Shown here: piece after piece, positions 41,140 to 53,308 of the stretch | Numbering within the stretch: position 1 is the stretch's first letter | Layout: each line of letters starts with the position of its first letter | Source of the DNA: Octopus sinensis | Lineage: Eukaryota | Direction of reading: 5' to 3' | Assembly (NCBI RefSeq): GCF_006345805.1 | Contig: NC_043000.1 | Span: 89,528,001-89,592,000, forward strand | Length of the DNA: 64,000 bases | Translations under genes and position numbers: made by a program | The notes under the pieces: model-generated | What the model saw: only the letters and a program-made list of their open reading frames with translations | Databases searched by the model: none | Told to the model about the DNA's origin: nothing

Positions 41140-42624
41140 GTAAGTACTTACAAAATTTCCCCTTCCTTGGTTCTCCTCTCTCTCCTTCCTCTATTACCAC
41201 CAAATTTTCCCTTTTTGCAGTTTATTTATGTGTACCTCTCTTTCTTGCCCGTTTCTCTTTTACAATGTATTATATTTTAATTACATGGAAAACAATATGC
41301 CCATGAGCGTTTACAGGACCTCCGAAACTGATGAACGAGAGTATAGAAGGAACGTAACCTCAGACCTAGCCCAGAGGCTAAAACCAGAAATGTCTCCCGC
41401 TTAATATACAAAAGGAGCCGATGATGATGTTAAACCGAAAGACGAACTAATTCAACCACTTTAACCCATTAGCTGCCAAATTTATACTCATATTTTTTGG
41501 CTTTGCCAAGTGTCTTAGGGGTTAAAATAATATATAGTATTGAAATTTTCTTCATATGTGAATTATTTTGGAAATTATAAATTTTTCGAAAAGTCCCCAA
41601 TGGGGATCGTTGAAAAAAAGCATATTTATCCTTTTCTATTCAATTGCAATAATAGACATTTTAGGGGCTTTTTGAAACTATAGTATCAAATGTGAATGTG
41701 TATGAAATATCAATGAATGATATAGATGGGAAATTTAAAAAAAAAAACAACGTTTTCAAAGCAATCAATATTTCTGTAGCTCAAAAATTGCGATTTATGA
41801 CATAAAATGTCCTCTAGAATTAGCCAGAGCTAAAAATGCCGAACTTTAACTACTAAATATTGTTAAACACACTCTGCAAATGCAATGTACATAAGCAATT
41901 CACTTTAAATACAAGGAGCAATCGGCAGAGAGGTTGTTTTTAACAGATCCACAAATGGGACTTATGGCAGGCAATGGATTAACGTCAGCTACATTTGAAC
42001 TTAGAAATCAACGAATCAGAAAATATACTACAAAGCATCTGCTCTGAAATTTCTGTCAGCCCAACTTCCTATAAGGATAAGTTATTTATCGGCCCCAGAA
42101 GGGGAGAAGTAGGGTTGACTTCGACGGGATTTGAACTCAGAATGCGAGGTGCTAGAATAATGCCGCATCATTTGGTTCGACGCTCTAAAATCTCTGCCAA
42201 TCAACTTCATGTTACGTAATCAAGTTTTGTTTCCTGCTTAGTGCAGCCTTGCTATAATTGCCGTCTTGCAGAGCCTTCTTATTATTGGAGGAGTGCCATG
42301 TTGTTGATGGTATTATTGTTGACACTCCAACCAGTGCGTCCATATCGAGCCAATTAGTTAACAAAGACGCTTCAAGTGCAACATTCCCGTCTATTTTTTT
42401 CTCAGTCACAGTTTCTCTAGAAACCCATCATCTAACGAATCCCTCCTTTTAGCCTGTTGTTTCGAGACGAGATTGAAATCGTTTCACTGCTTTTACACTA
42501 GGTGATATTCTTCGAAAAGGTATGAACATTACAATATAATATTTTCTTTTGCTTTGTTCGTAGTAAAACAAGAATAATCATTTCCGTTTAACTCTACGTT
42601 AGTATGTACTTTATTTTCTTTCAG

Positions 42625-43185
42625 ATTGTAATGTATCAATGGCTGACATTCTCTTCATTCTGGATTCATCCGGAAGTGTAGCAAATCCTGACTTTCTTAG
42701 AATGATTACTTTTGTTAAAGAAATGGTAAAAGGTTTCGATATTGGCAATAGTACGGTGCGAGTTGCAGTTAGTATATTTTCTGGAGGTACCGTTGAAAAA
42801 TTTCATCTCGACAAATATTTCGACAAGGCCGCCTTACTGAAAGCTATAGGACAAATCTCGCGAGTTACTGGCTCCACAAACACTGCAAATGCTCTAACTC
42901 GTGCTAGAACAATCAGCTTTCAACCCCCTCATGGTGATCGAAGTGGGGCTCCTAACATTGCCATTGTTATTACAGACGGAAATTCTGACAATCCGATTCA
43001 AACCACCGATGCTGCGTTACAGTTGAAGAATACAGGCACTGCAGTGTTCTCAATTGGTGTTGGATCAAATGTACACCAATCAGAACTTGAATCTATAGCC
43101 TCAGATAAATCTCATATCTTCACAGTGACTAACTTTAAGGCTCTAGAAAACATCAAGAAAAACCTGGCCATAAAAACTTGTGAAG
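42625..43185 (+). CDS. Multi-VWA protein exon: VWA domain 2 (DCNVSMADILFILDSSGSV...KTCE)
   Basis: Acceptor tttcag|AT, donor GAAG|gtaggt, 561 nt, phase 1-1. Intact MIDAS and strong similarity to VWA1. Confidence 0.93.
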
Positions 43186-44233
43186 GTAGGTAAACGAACA
43201 ATTGATATCTACTTATATTTCCTGTGTTACATGAGGAATTTAATGAAATATAGGAATAATATGCTAATATATGAATAATATGTAATACTGCTGTTGGAAT
43301 TGTTGTTGTTCTTGCTGCTGTTGTTATTGTTGTTCAGCACTAAGTCAGTTTTTATCAAACAAGCCTATGATAAATGCTGGGAAGACTGCGTAAAGAGTAG
43401 GAAAACTTTCCACGCAAAGTTTTACATTTTGTAATCTTAAATAACTGACTGCAACACAAATACACATGATGCTAAACCCTACTGTCTTTAACTTCACTCT
43501 GACCAACTTTTTCCTCAATTGCACTCCACTCTTTCTGCCGATTTTTTTAATTAATACAAATCTTGCTGATGCAGGCCACCAGTAGTTTTTTCCGTTTTAT
43601 TATTATTGAGTGAGAGAGCAGCGCATGCCATCAAAGTGACACTGGAGTACAAATACGAAGCCTAGTATACCCATCATGACTACTCGTTTGATAAGGGTGC
43701 ACCAGGCACATGCATCACAACTGAAATTGCACGAAATGGTGACCTCGTATCAAGAAAAACAGTGCATGACCTTGCATGTGGGCCCAGTTAGAGTTTTTGT
43801 AAGGTTGAGTAGCCTTCTCAAAAAGTTCCTGAATAAAGGCTTTTTAAGGATGTTGAACGAAAACCCATCTTTTCAGGGGTGAATGATTCAAACCCCAAAG
43901 AATCCTTCTCAACGCATAGCTTTGATGCTCTCCCACTACTCCTACTTGTGATCAGAGATGCCCTAATGGTTACAGTCAAGCAAATAACAAACAAATCTGT
44001 GGTATTGAGCAAATATTTGCTGTTGTTGTTATTGCTATTATCACCATTATTATTACTACTACTAATTCTAATTTTGGCACAAGGCCAGAAATTTTAAGGG
44101 GCGGAAATTTTACTATATGGACGCAAGTGCTTAAATGGTACTTATTTTATCGACCATTGGCGGGATTAAACAACTTTGACCTCGGTGACAGTAGTAGTAG
44201 TAGTATTAGTAGTAGTAGTATTAGTAGTAGTAT

Positions 44234-44285
<52 letters not shown>

Positions 44286-44662
44286 TGTAGTTGTAGTTGT
44301 TGCTGTTATTGTCGTAGGGCGGCTACCTGGCAGAATCGTTAGTATGCTGGGCGGTATGCTTAGCGGTATTTCGTCTGCTGCTACGTTCTCAGTTCAAATT
44401 TCACCGAGGTTGACTTAACCTTTCATCTTTCGGGGTCGATAAATTAAGTACCAACTATGTCCTTTCCTTTATCCCTTCGGGGGGTCGATAAAATGAGTTC
44501 TATGGTCGATGTGATTGACTTAACCTCTACCCCAAAATATCAGGCTTTGTGCCTATTATACAAACGATTATTATTTTTATTGCTATATAGTTTCTCCATA
44601 AACGCATGTATTTTTAAATTTATTATTTTTTGTTTTATTTTGTTTTTTTCTTTGTTTTTCAG

Positions 44663-44692
44663 CCCAGATTATTCCAACGGAACCAGCAATAA
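44663..44692 (+). CDS. Multi-VWA protein linker micro-exon 2 (AQIIPTEPAI)
   Basis: Long T-rich tract plus ttttcag|CC, donor ATAA|gtaaat, 30 nt, phase 1-1. Confidence 0.75.
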   Translation, partial: PRLFQRNQQ

Positions 44693-45320
44693 GTAAATCT
44701 GATATTTTATAACTATTTTATTTATTAATCACCTATATCTATATTTATAAGATATTTCCATTTTCTCATTATAACTCCTTATATTTAACACTGTGAATCT
44801 ACCTCAGTCCATTAATTTTCGCATAAAGTTAATGGATATTTTTAACAACTGAATACTTATGTATTTACTATATTACAAAAACTCAGCCATTTGCAAACAT
44901 GCAGTTGCACACAATACCAGCATGAAATTTCAACCGGTCTTTGTAAGCTTCAATTATGTTTGATTGTGTGAATATTCATCGAATATCAGCGGCTCATAAA
45001 CATTCAATATGAAGTTAAATAGCTCTATTGAAAGCGGCTAATATAACACCTGTTCCTGAATATAACACCTGTTCCTTTTTATCATTTAATAATTAATAAA
45101 ATTATATATTCATAATAACACAAATATGTCTGTATGTACGTGCGTACGTGTATGTGTGTGTGTATTACCTGCTAGAGGGTGATAGCGGTTCGCTCCCCTT
45201 GCTAGCAACATATATTGTATAGAATGAGTACAGCGTCACACCGATAACCAGCTGGCAGAAAACCTGCATGGGGTTAAACTAGTAGCAACATGGAACAGCC
45301 ACTGTGATATGGCGACTGAC

Positions 45321-45402
<82 letters not shown>

Positions 45403-45561
45403 TATATATATATGCGAACTATATATATATATATATACACTGTGTAAGTCATAAGGGGGAAAAATTAAAATAATTTATTACCAGTAGTTCGCATGCGAAG
45501 GCTTAATTCTGAAGTCACGCCGATAAAACAGTAGAATGAAAGGAATTATTATTTTTAGTTA

Positions 45562-45631
45562 ATCCCATACTTGAGTTTCCCTATTAATGAGCAAATAAAT
45601 TAATTTGTCATCAGTAGTTCATCAGTGGGAT
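45562..45631 (-). ncRNA. Type-I hammerhead ribozyme, slightly decayed
   Basis: Minus strand AUCCCA-CUGAUGA-ACUA...UAGG-GAAA-CUCAAG-UA-UGGGAU: 6-bp helix I and a long helix II with a mismatch at its first pair. Confidence 0.62.
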
Positions 45632-47172
45632 CGCTAAAGAAAGCATAATTATGTAGCAATAATACGTCCCGAAAAAACACGTGCCAGATCATCCTTGTAG
45701 CATTATGGATATAAATCAAGTGATCGGGTACACTCACATAACAGGAAGAAAATAATAAATTTTTAAAACTGCGTACTATAAACCGCAGAATTACAAAGTT
45801 TAATGTGTAAATCATAAGGGCAAAAAATTAGAATAATTTATTACCAGTAATTCGCATGCGTACATAAATAAGGGTGTATAAAGATATATACACAAAGATG
45901 AACCATGGCTGGACTTCTTACACGCTGAAAAGGACAGTTGAGCGCAACCACGAAAAAATAATTCTAAAGGTACGCCGATAAAGCACTAGAATGAAAAGAA
46001 TGGAAGAAATTCTAACCTTTCCATTATACACATTATGATGGGCGAAATATATGTTTAAGTGAAAATGATTTTTAAAATATGGTAAATATTTTGGAAAAGA
46101 CCCGTTCGTAATCATAGTATGAAATAGCTTTTTTTTATACGTTTCTTTCGAATGCATTGAACGTATCTCACCTCCAAAGATTTGGTTGCCATTTCTAGCA
46201 TGCTCTGCTACCATGTAACAGCTACTTGCGATGAAGGACCCGAAATACCTGTTACGTGGTAGCATTGCGTGCAAGAAATGGCAGCCAAATCTTTCCTTTT
46301 CTGAGGAAATTGTACATATACAATTCTGAGGAAATTATATATATACAATTGTGTGGGAGCCTGTCGTATATATACATCTCAGACCAGTTCCACTTGAGAA
46401 GGGGGAGATAATGCAAGGCTTGAGGATTCTCCAAAGACGACATGCCATTGAGGAAAAGACCAGTTTTATTGTTTGGATATAAGACATTCATCGATACTTG
46501 TTTCCGGCTCAATAACCGTCGTTATCACGAGAATTTTCCAACTTTATCTCCAAAACTCAACGGGCTTAAACCTATTCAAAAAGGTTAGAAGCCATTTATA
46601 ACATTCGTAATTTGTTTAATCTAATCGAAAATGAGCTAAAAGATATAATTCAGAGCAGCCTGTACAGCAGATGCTTTGAAGCCCAACTCTATAAAATAAG
46701 GTTTATAGGTTTAAGCCAAAACGCGCATGTGTGATTGTGCGGCAAGAAGTTTTGCTTCCCAATTACATGGTTCCGAGTTCAGTCCTATTGCATGGCACCT
46801 TGCGCAAGTGATTCCTATTATAACCTCGGGATAACCAAAACCATTTGAGTAGATTTGCTAGGCGGAAGCAGAAAGGAGCCTATCATATATATGTGTGTGA
46901 GTGTGTGTGTGTGAGTGTGTTTGTGTGTGTGCGTGCGTGCGTATGTGTGTGTGTGTATGTGTGTGTACGTGTGCATTTGCATGTCCTCCACCACCGCTTA
47001 ACAACCAGTGTTGGTTTGTTTACGTCTCCATAACTTGGTGGTTCAGCAAAAGACGCCGACAGAATGAGTGACTGGATTTTAAAATAACTCCTGGGCGCAC
47101 TCCAATGACTGAAACTAGTAAAAGATAAGAGAGGCAGAGAGATTAACACACACACACACACACACACACATA

Positions 47173-47244
<72 letters not shown>

Positions 47245-48041
47245 TATATATAATATATATATATATATGTGTGTATATGTCTATGCACATGTGTGTGTAT
47301 ATATGTGTGTGCGTCCGTGCGTACGTGTGTGTGTGTGTGTATTGTGTGTGCGTGTGCGTGTGCGTGTGCGTGTGCGTATGTGTGTGTGTGTGTATTATCT
47401 CAAGTAATCTTCCTCTGCGTTAGAATTGATAGAGATGGCAAACGGCAATCATATCAAATATTTTGGATGTCAGAAAATATAACGTTTTATCAAATCGAGT
47501 GGCTGTGTGGTGAGTAGCTTGCTTACCAACCATATTGTTCCGGGTTCAGTCTCACTGCGTGGCACCTTGGGCAAGTGTCTCCTACTATAGCCTCGGGCCG
47601 ACCAAAGCCTTGTGAGTGGATTTGGTAGACGGAAATTGAATGAAGCCCGTCGTATATATGTATATGTATATATATGTATGTTTGTATGTGTATACGTTTG
47701 TGTGTCTGTGTTTGTCCCCCCAACATCGCTGACAACCGATGCTGGTGTGTTTACGTCCCCGTAACTTAGCGGTTCGGCAAAAGAGACCGATAGAATAAGT
47801 ACTTGGCTTACAAAGAATAATCCCTGTTGTCGATTTGCTCGACAAAAGGCGGTGCTCCAGAATGGCCACAGTCAAATGACTGAAACAAGTAAAAGAGTAA
47901 AACAGTAAAAGAGACATATACACAGACACACACACAAACACACACGCATACACTCATGCATACATACATACATACATACATACATACATACATACATACA
48001 TACATACATACATACATACATACATACATACATACATACAT

Positions 48042-48600
48042 AAATTATGGCTGCCCCCTCGTTATCGGGTATGGCCATTTCATGAAGCTGGTGCTGTGAT
48101 CGAATGTGACTTTTTAGCCCAGCCAAATATCTACAATGTCTTGTACAGAATTGGCAACTAAAACCTTTACCGGTAATAGCCGGCTGTAGTTGTAACTGGG
48201 CTTCATGTACCTTTGCATGTCGTTTAAGTCCTCCTGCCGAATTACACTCTCTTCCACATGCCTGACATATATGATTAGTATGGTGTATAACACCACCACC
48301 AGTGGCCAGGTTGTCACTCATCTGTCTCGCTTTATGACTACGAAGATGACTCTTGAGTCTAGGTATACTGAGGCAGGGTCTAGCACAGACACTGCATGTC
48401 AGCATCATAGGAAGATCCTTCCCATCTAGAAGTGTAACAGCGATGCCCTTCCTGACATCCCTCCTTACTTTCTCATGTGCAACTCGAGATTTCTCAAAAG
48501 TGGCTGTCCCCTCATGCACAATCCTTCTCCACCTGCTACGATCAATAGCTATGCCTTCCCATACCTCCTTTTTGATTTATGTGGAGGTCGTTCTCCTTTA
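48042..48600 (-). mobile_element. RTE-clade LINE 3' fragment with three C2H2 fingers and a (TATG)n tail
   Basis: WEGIAIDRSRWRRIVHEGTATFE...RK motif, three C-x2-C...H-x3/4-H fingers, tail at 47957-48042. Confidence 0.78.
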
Positions 48601-49399
48601 GCTAACTCCTTTAGCTAACTCTCCATACATACATACATTCATTCATTCATACAAGTTTGCTAACCACCATCTATGTTAAATATTGTTATATATTGTATCT
48701 AACCTTTAGATTACTGATCTGATTCTCATATCAAAATTGTACATAAATCAATTTCGAAAGTCAAACAGTTGAATCACGGTAGGTTCCCATAGAATATTGA
48801 TAGAACTGTAATGAACTCTATAACAATATCTTCTCACCTTCCTGAGTTTTTCGTTGTTAATTTAAACGTGACTAAACTAGATTGCCTAGAATGGTATCTA
48901 CATGAAATTACGTTATTGCACTTATGGCTAGTACGTATCACTTGAATTGTATTGAACGTGCTTCGCTACCGTTTGATTATTATATTACTAGTTACTATAA
49001 TTACAATTGCTATGTAGAGACAGAGACAAAACTGGTCGACTAGCCGATTTCTGTGTTTTTTAGGTTCGTTCTGATACGCATAAAAATCAAAACAGAAATT
49101 TGCGAGCGATAATCACAACAAATCTAATGATGAGTAATAATGACGAAAGCGGTTCGACCCACATCGAGAGCGTCATTTGTAATTTATTATTTTCTTTGCG
49201 ATCTTTGTTTATGGAACCATTAGGATATGGGGCGTGAAAGGAATATAAATTAAACACAGTACCAGTTTTCACTGATCTAAACACTACCATGAGAACGGAT
49301 GTTCTTGTATGTAAGAACATAATCATACACACGCAAGGATACACGTACTTATATATTCATACATACATACATACATACATACATACATACATACATACA

Positions 49400-49432
<33 letters not shown>

Positions 49433-49491
49433 GTATCTCTCCCTGTTTCTCACATACATATATATGTTTCTCTCCTTGTTTTTTCTGTGTC

Positions 49492-49529
49492 TCTTTCTGT
49501 AGAAGAGCGTAGGCTCGAAACGTAAAAGA
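49492..49529 (+). ncRNA. Hammerhead-like fold with variant core CUGUAGA-A
   Basis: UCUUU-CUGUAGAA-GAGC-GUAG-GCUC-GAAA-CG-UA-AAAGA: helix I 5 bp, helix II 4 bp, minimal ACGU helix III. A6 is replaced by U. Confidence 0.55.
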
Positions 49530-49614
49530 CTTTTTCTATTCCTGAGCGTTATACTAATACATCTGTTTGTTTTGTACACCACCTGTCTTCGTCTTTTGTT
49601 TTTTCGTAAACTCT

Positions 49615-49738
49615 CCCCAAAAAATGTATACACACCTTAAATAATTGTAAATTTGTTATTCTTTGTAAGCCTAGTACTTATTCTATCGTTCTCTTTTGCC
49701 GAACCACTATTTGCATACATTTTTTGGGACACCCTGTA
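49615..49738. mobile_element. MITE-like relic of the 38175-39339 transposon family
   Basis: Ends cc aaaaaatgtatacacac and tgcatacattttttgggacaccctg|ta match its TIRs. Confidence 0.6.
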
Positions 49739-50144
49739 TATATATATATATATATATGCTGAGATGAACAAGCAAAACACATTTAATAAGTATGTGCGAT
49801 TGAAAATGTTCACAATATTAGCGCCGCTTTGAATTCATAATTGAATTTAGTCGTACGTATGGCATACCAGCGAATGGTTCTTATACTATTTCTATATAGT
49901 TATAGACTGGTGATTCGACTCGTCCCCGGTTTGATTCGGGCACGTGATGTTGATACGTCACAAAAAATGGCGAAATATCGGTATCCATCACTCCTGAAGG
50001 GAATCAGAAGAGAGTTGTCACACCTGGCCATAACTTCCAGGTGCTTAACACCCAGTATTATGAAAGACTCATCCCGCAGTGAACCAGGAAAGCACATGCA
50101 TTAAATATGTGCGGTCGATAATACACATACATATATACTTATAT

Positions 50145-50220
<76 letters not shown>

Positions 50221-50288
50221 ATCTATGTATGTATGTATGTATATATGTATGTATATATATATTATTATATATATATATCTATATATAT

Positions 50289-50355
<67 letters not shown>

Positions 50356-50357
50356 CA

Positions 50358-50390
<33 letters not shown>

Positions 50391-50700
50391 GTAGTGGAGA
50401 AGGTGTATGCGTATACATAGGTACTGGTTCAGGGTGTCTCAAAAGTTACAGATGGGTTTCACATTTTAATAACTTCCTTAACTTTAATGGACCCGTTAAT
50501 CTTGCAAATAACATCATTCGTTATTTTCATATTAATTCATTTTTATAAGTTTCTAATTAATGAATATTTATACAAATAGCAATTATCAAAATTATCAACT
50601 TTTGATTATTTATAAATTTTAGCATTAATTACCGGTTGACTCCTATATTTACTATTTTGTTTTCCTTCTTACTATTTCGTTTTTCATATTCCCTTTCTAG

Positions 50701-51267
50701 CATGCAACCAATCCATGGCAGATATTGTATTCCTCCTTGATTCATCAGGAAGTGTTGGAGCTTCCAATTTCCAGAAGATGCTTCAGTTTGTAAAGAATAT
50801 GGTAAACGGTTTTGATGTCGGTAAAGACACTGTAAGAATTGGCGTATCATCTTTTTCAAACCAACCAGTCCAGCATTTTGCCTTGAATACCTATTTCAAC
50901 CGAAGTCTAATTATAGATGCTATCAGCAAACTCCCCTATTACCAAGGTAGTACAAATACAGCATCTGCTATCAGCTTGCTCCGGAGTAGTGTTTTCACGG
51001 CTGCCTCAGGGGACCGTCCTACTGCACCAAATATAGCTATTGTTATCACTGACGGTCAGTCTAACGATCCGTTGTCAACCGCTGCTCAAGCAAAAGCTTT
51101 AAGACAGGCTGGAACGATATTATTTTCCATTGGTGTTGGATCTGGGGTCAATACAAAGGAACTAAACAACATGGCTAGTGACCCTGACAAGGATCATGTC
51201 TTTACTGTCTCAGACTTTTCGGCCTTTGGTAGCATCCAAAAAGAACTGGCGATAAAAGCATGTGAAG
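50701..51267 (+). CDS. Multi-VWA protein exon: VWA domain 3 (CNQSMADIVFLLDSSGSV...KACE)
   Basis: Acceptor tttctag|CA, donor GAAG|gtcagt, 567 nt, phase 1-1. Intact MIDAS. Confidence 0.93.
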
Positions 51268-51779
51268 GTCAGTAATGGATTGTTGTTTCTTTGTTAAGCA
51301 TTTTGTTGGTGTTTTGATTATAGATCAATGTTTCTCAAGGTAGGGTACACGCCTCACAGGTAGGCCATAGCAATATTATAGTAGGGCCTAGAACTTCAGA
51401 ACGGGGATCTAAATAAGTAACAGATGAATAAAACCTGCAATAAAGTTTTTATTAATGTGTTAAATTATACAAAAAGAATATTTATATATATATATATATA
51501 TAATTTCAACAATTGAGGGTAAAATTAATTAATTAATTAATCAATTTCACCAAGTATTCAGTATGCAAAGGGACCATTTAAGGCAAATTCAAATTATTAC
51601 ATTATATAAAAGGGCTTAGTAAAATAAATTACTTTGCCGCATACTGAACTCGTTAGAAATAGCAGCTAAAAAAACTATTTCTAACACTTAAAGAAAACCT
51701 CTCTCATATAGTGTTTGCTCAATTCAACTCAAGAAAGTATGAGGGTAGAGACATTAAAAAATCAAATGCAAAGGTTATT

Positions 51780-51832
51780 TGAGTACGTACGTTTCAAGAT
51801 TAGCCAAAATCGACCCTTCTCTCATCAGCTCA
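51780..51832 (-). ncRNA. Minimal type-I hammerhead ribozyme
   Basis: Minus strand UGAG-CUGAUGA-GAGA...UCUU-GAAA-CGUACG-UA-CUCA: palindromic helix III ACGUACGU. Confidence 0.8.
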
Positions 51833-52007
51833 GAATGCCCTTGTTTGAATTTGAAAACACTGAAAATGGGAGCATACCCTTTCGGCTTGTTATCGCTTCT
51901 GAAGATCTGTTCCAAACTAACAGTGCCAACAAACTCAAATATGCAAGAGAAAAATTTCTACTCTCCCCTTTCCACCAGCGTGGGTTAAAATCAGCAAACA
52001 CTATGCT

Positions 52008-52061
<54 letters not shown>

Positions 52062-52861
52062 CAAAGATGAGATTCAGTACAGAAGATACTGAAACACTTA
52101 CTAGTGCTCACAAAATTCAAAAATTAGACTCCGATGTCTTTACAAGGGATCAATTCCAAGGGGTAAAGTATGGTTGTAAGAAGGATCAAGTTGAGCGGAT
52201 ATAGAGGCAATTATGCAGATAAAAAAGTTAGATATTTTAAATATAACCCAAGCTGTTATATTTAGCATATCTAATTTGTTTGTCCACATAATTGCTTCTG
52301 ACTCGAACAAGTCACTTCTTGAGTTCGATTCTCGAACAAGTCACTTTATTTCACGTTGCTCCCACTACTGCGCCGTAAACGAGTACCAGCTGACCACAAA
52401 TGTAGCTCTTTGTCCCTGCAGCTGTCAAATCGTCGATGTGCCACGTGGTAAAGTTTAGATGGACAGAAATGGTACTTTTATCTGCTCACGACTACATAGA
52501 TTTCGTAAACAATTAACAAAAGCGTGGTTCAAACCACCAAGTCATACTGACTGTGAGTGATGCGTGAGCTTTTAAACATGTGTACGTGCGTCATATGTAT
52601 GTCCGTCTGTGCATGTGCGTGAGGGGAGATTTGTGTTAGTGTTTGCATGAGGATTGAATCCAACTGAATAAGTTCCAACCTTTAAAAAATATAAGTACTG
52701 GAGGTTCATTTGTTAGACTAGACAGTTCAAGGCACCTCAGCATGGTCGCAGTTCAATAACTGGAACATGTAAAAAATGCAATATAATTTTACGAAATTAT
52801 GAACAAATGATTTGTATATATTTTTTATATGTTTGTTTTCTATTTTCATTTCTGTTTCCAG

Positions 52862-52900
52862 CCCAAAAATATACTCCATTGCCACCAACTAAATCACCCG
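52862..52900 (+). CDS. Multi-VWA protein linker micro-exon 3 (AQKYTPLPPTKSP)
   Basis: Acceptor tttccag|CC, donor CCCG|gtaagt, 39 nt, phase 1-1. Confidence 0.82.
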
Positions 52901-53268
52901 GTAAGTAAAAATTTTACAACTAATAACGGCTGTTGTTGTTGTTGTTTGTTATAAAGTTTGTGTTGTCGTTTAGCCAATCGCAGGTCAGTCCTGATTGAGT
53001 TGATATATGACGAAAGGCATTCCAATCCAGCCATGACCGTCCCATTTTGTTTTAGATTTCTCATATCCCGAGCTACATTATCCGATGTAGACTTTCAGCT
53101 TTTAAGACAGTATGGCATGACTTGAACGAGATTTGACTAGTATTTCCAGCAGATCGATCACCGACTATGTACAAGCTTCCTCGTGGGTTATTTGTTATCA
53201 TTGATGATGATAACAACAACCACGACCACAACAACGACCACGCCGATGATGACGACGACGATGATGGC

Positions 53269-53308
<40 letters not shown>

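Noticed and set aside
45918-46400. ORF fragment with HAMLPRNRY, faintly piggyBac-like
   Set aside because: Only one short motif, and the flanking frames do not continue the similarity.
50735-50750. CUGAUGA on the minus strand within the VWA3 exon
   Set aside because: Simply the antisense of the DSSG codons, with no HHR fold.
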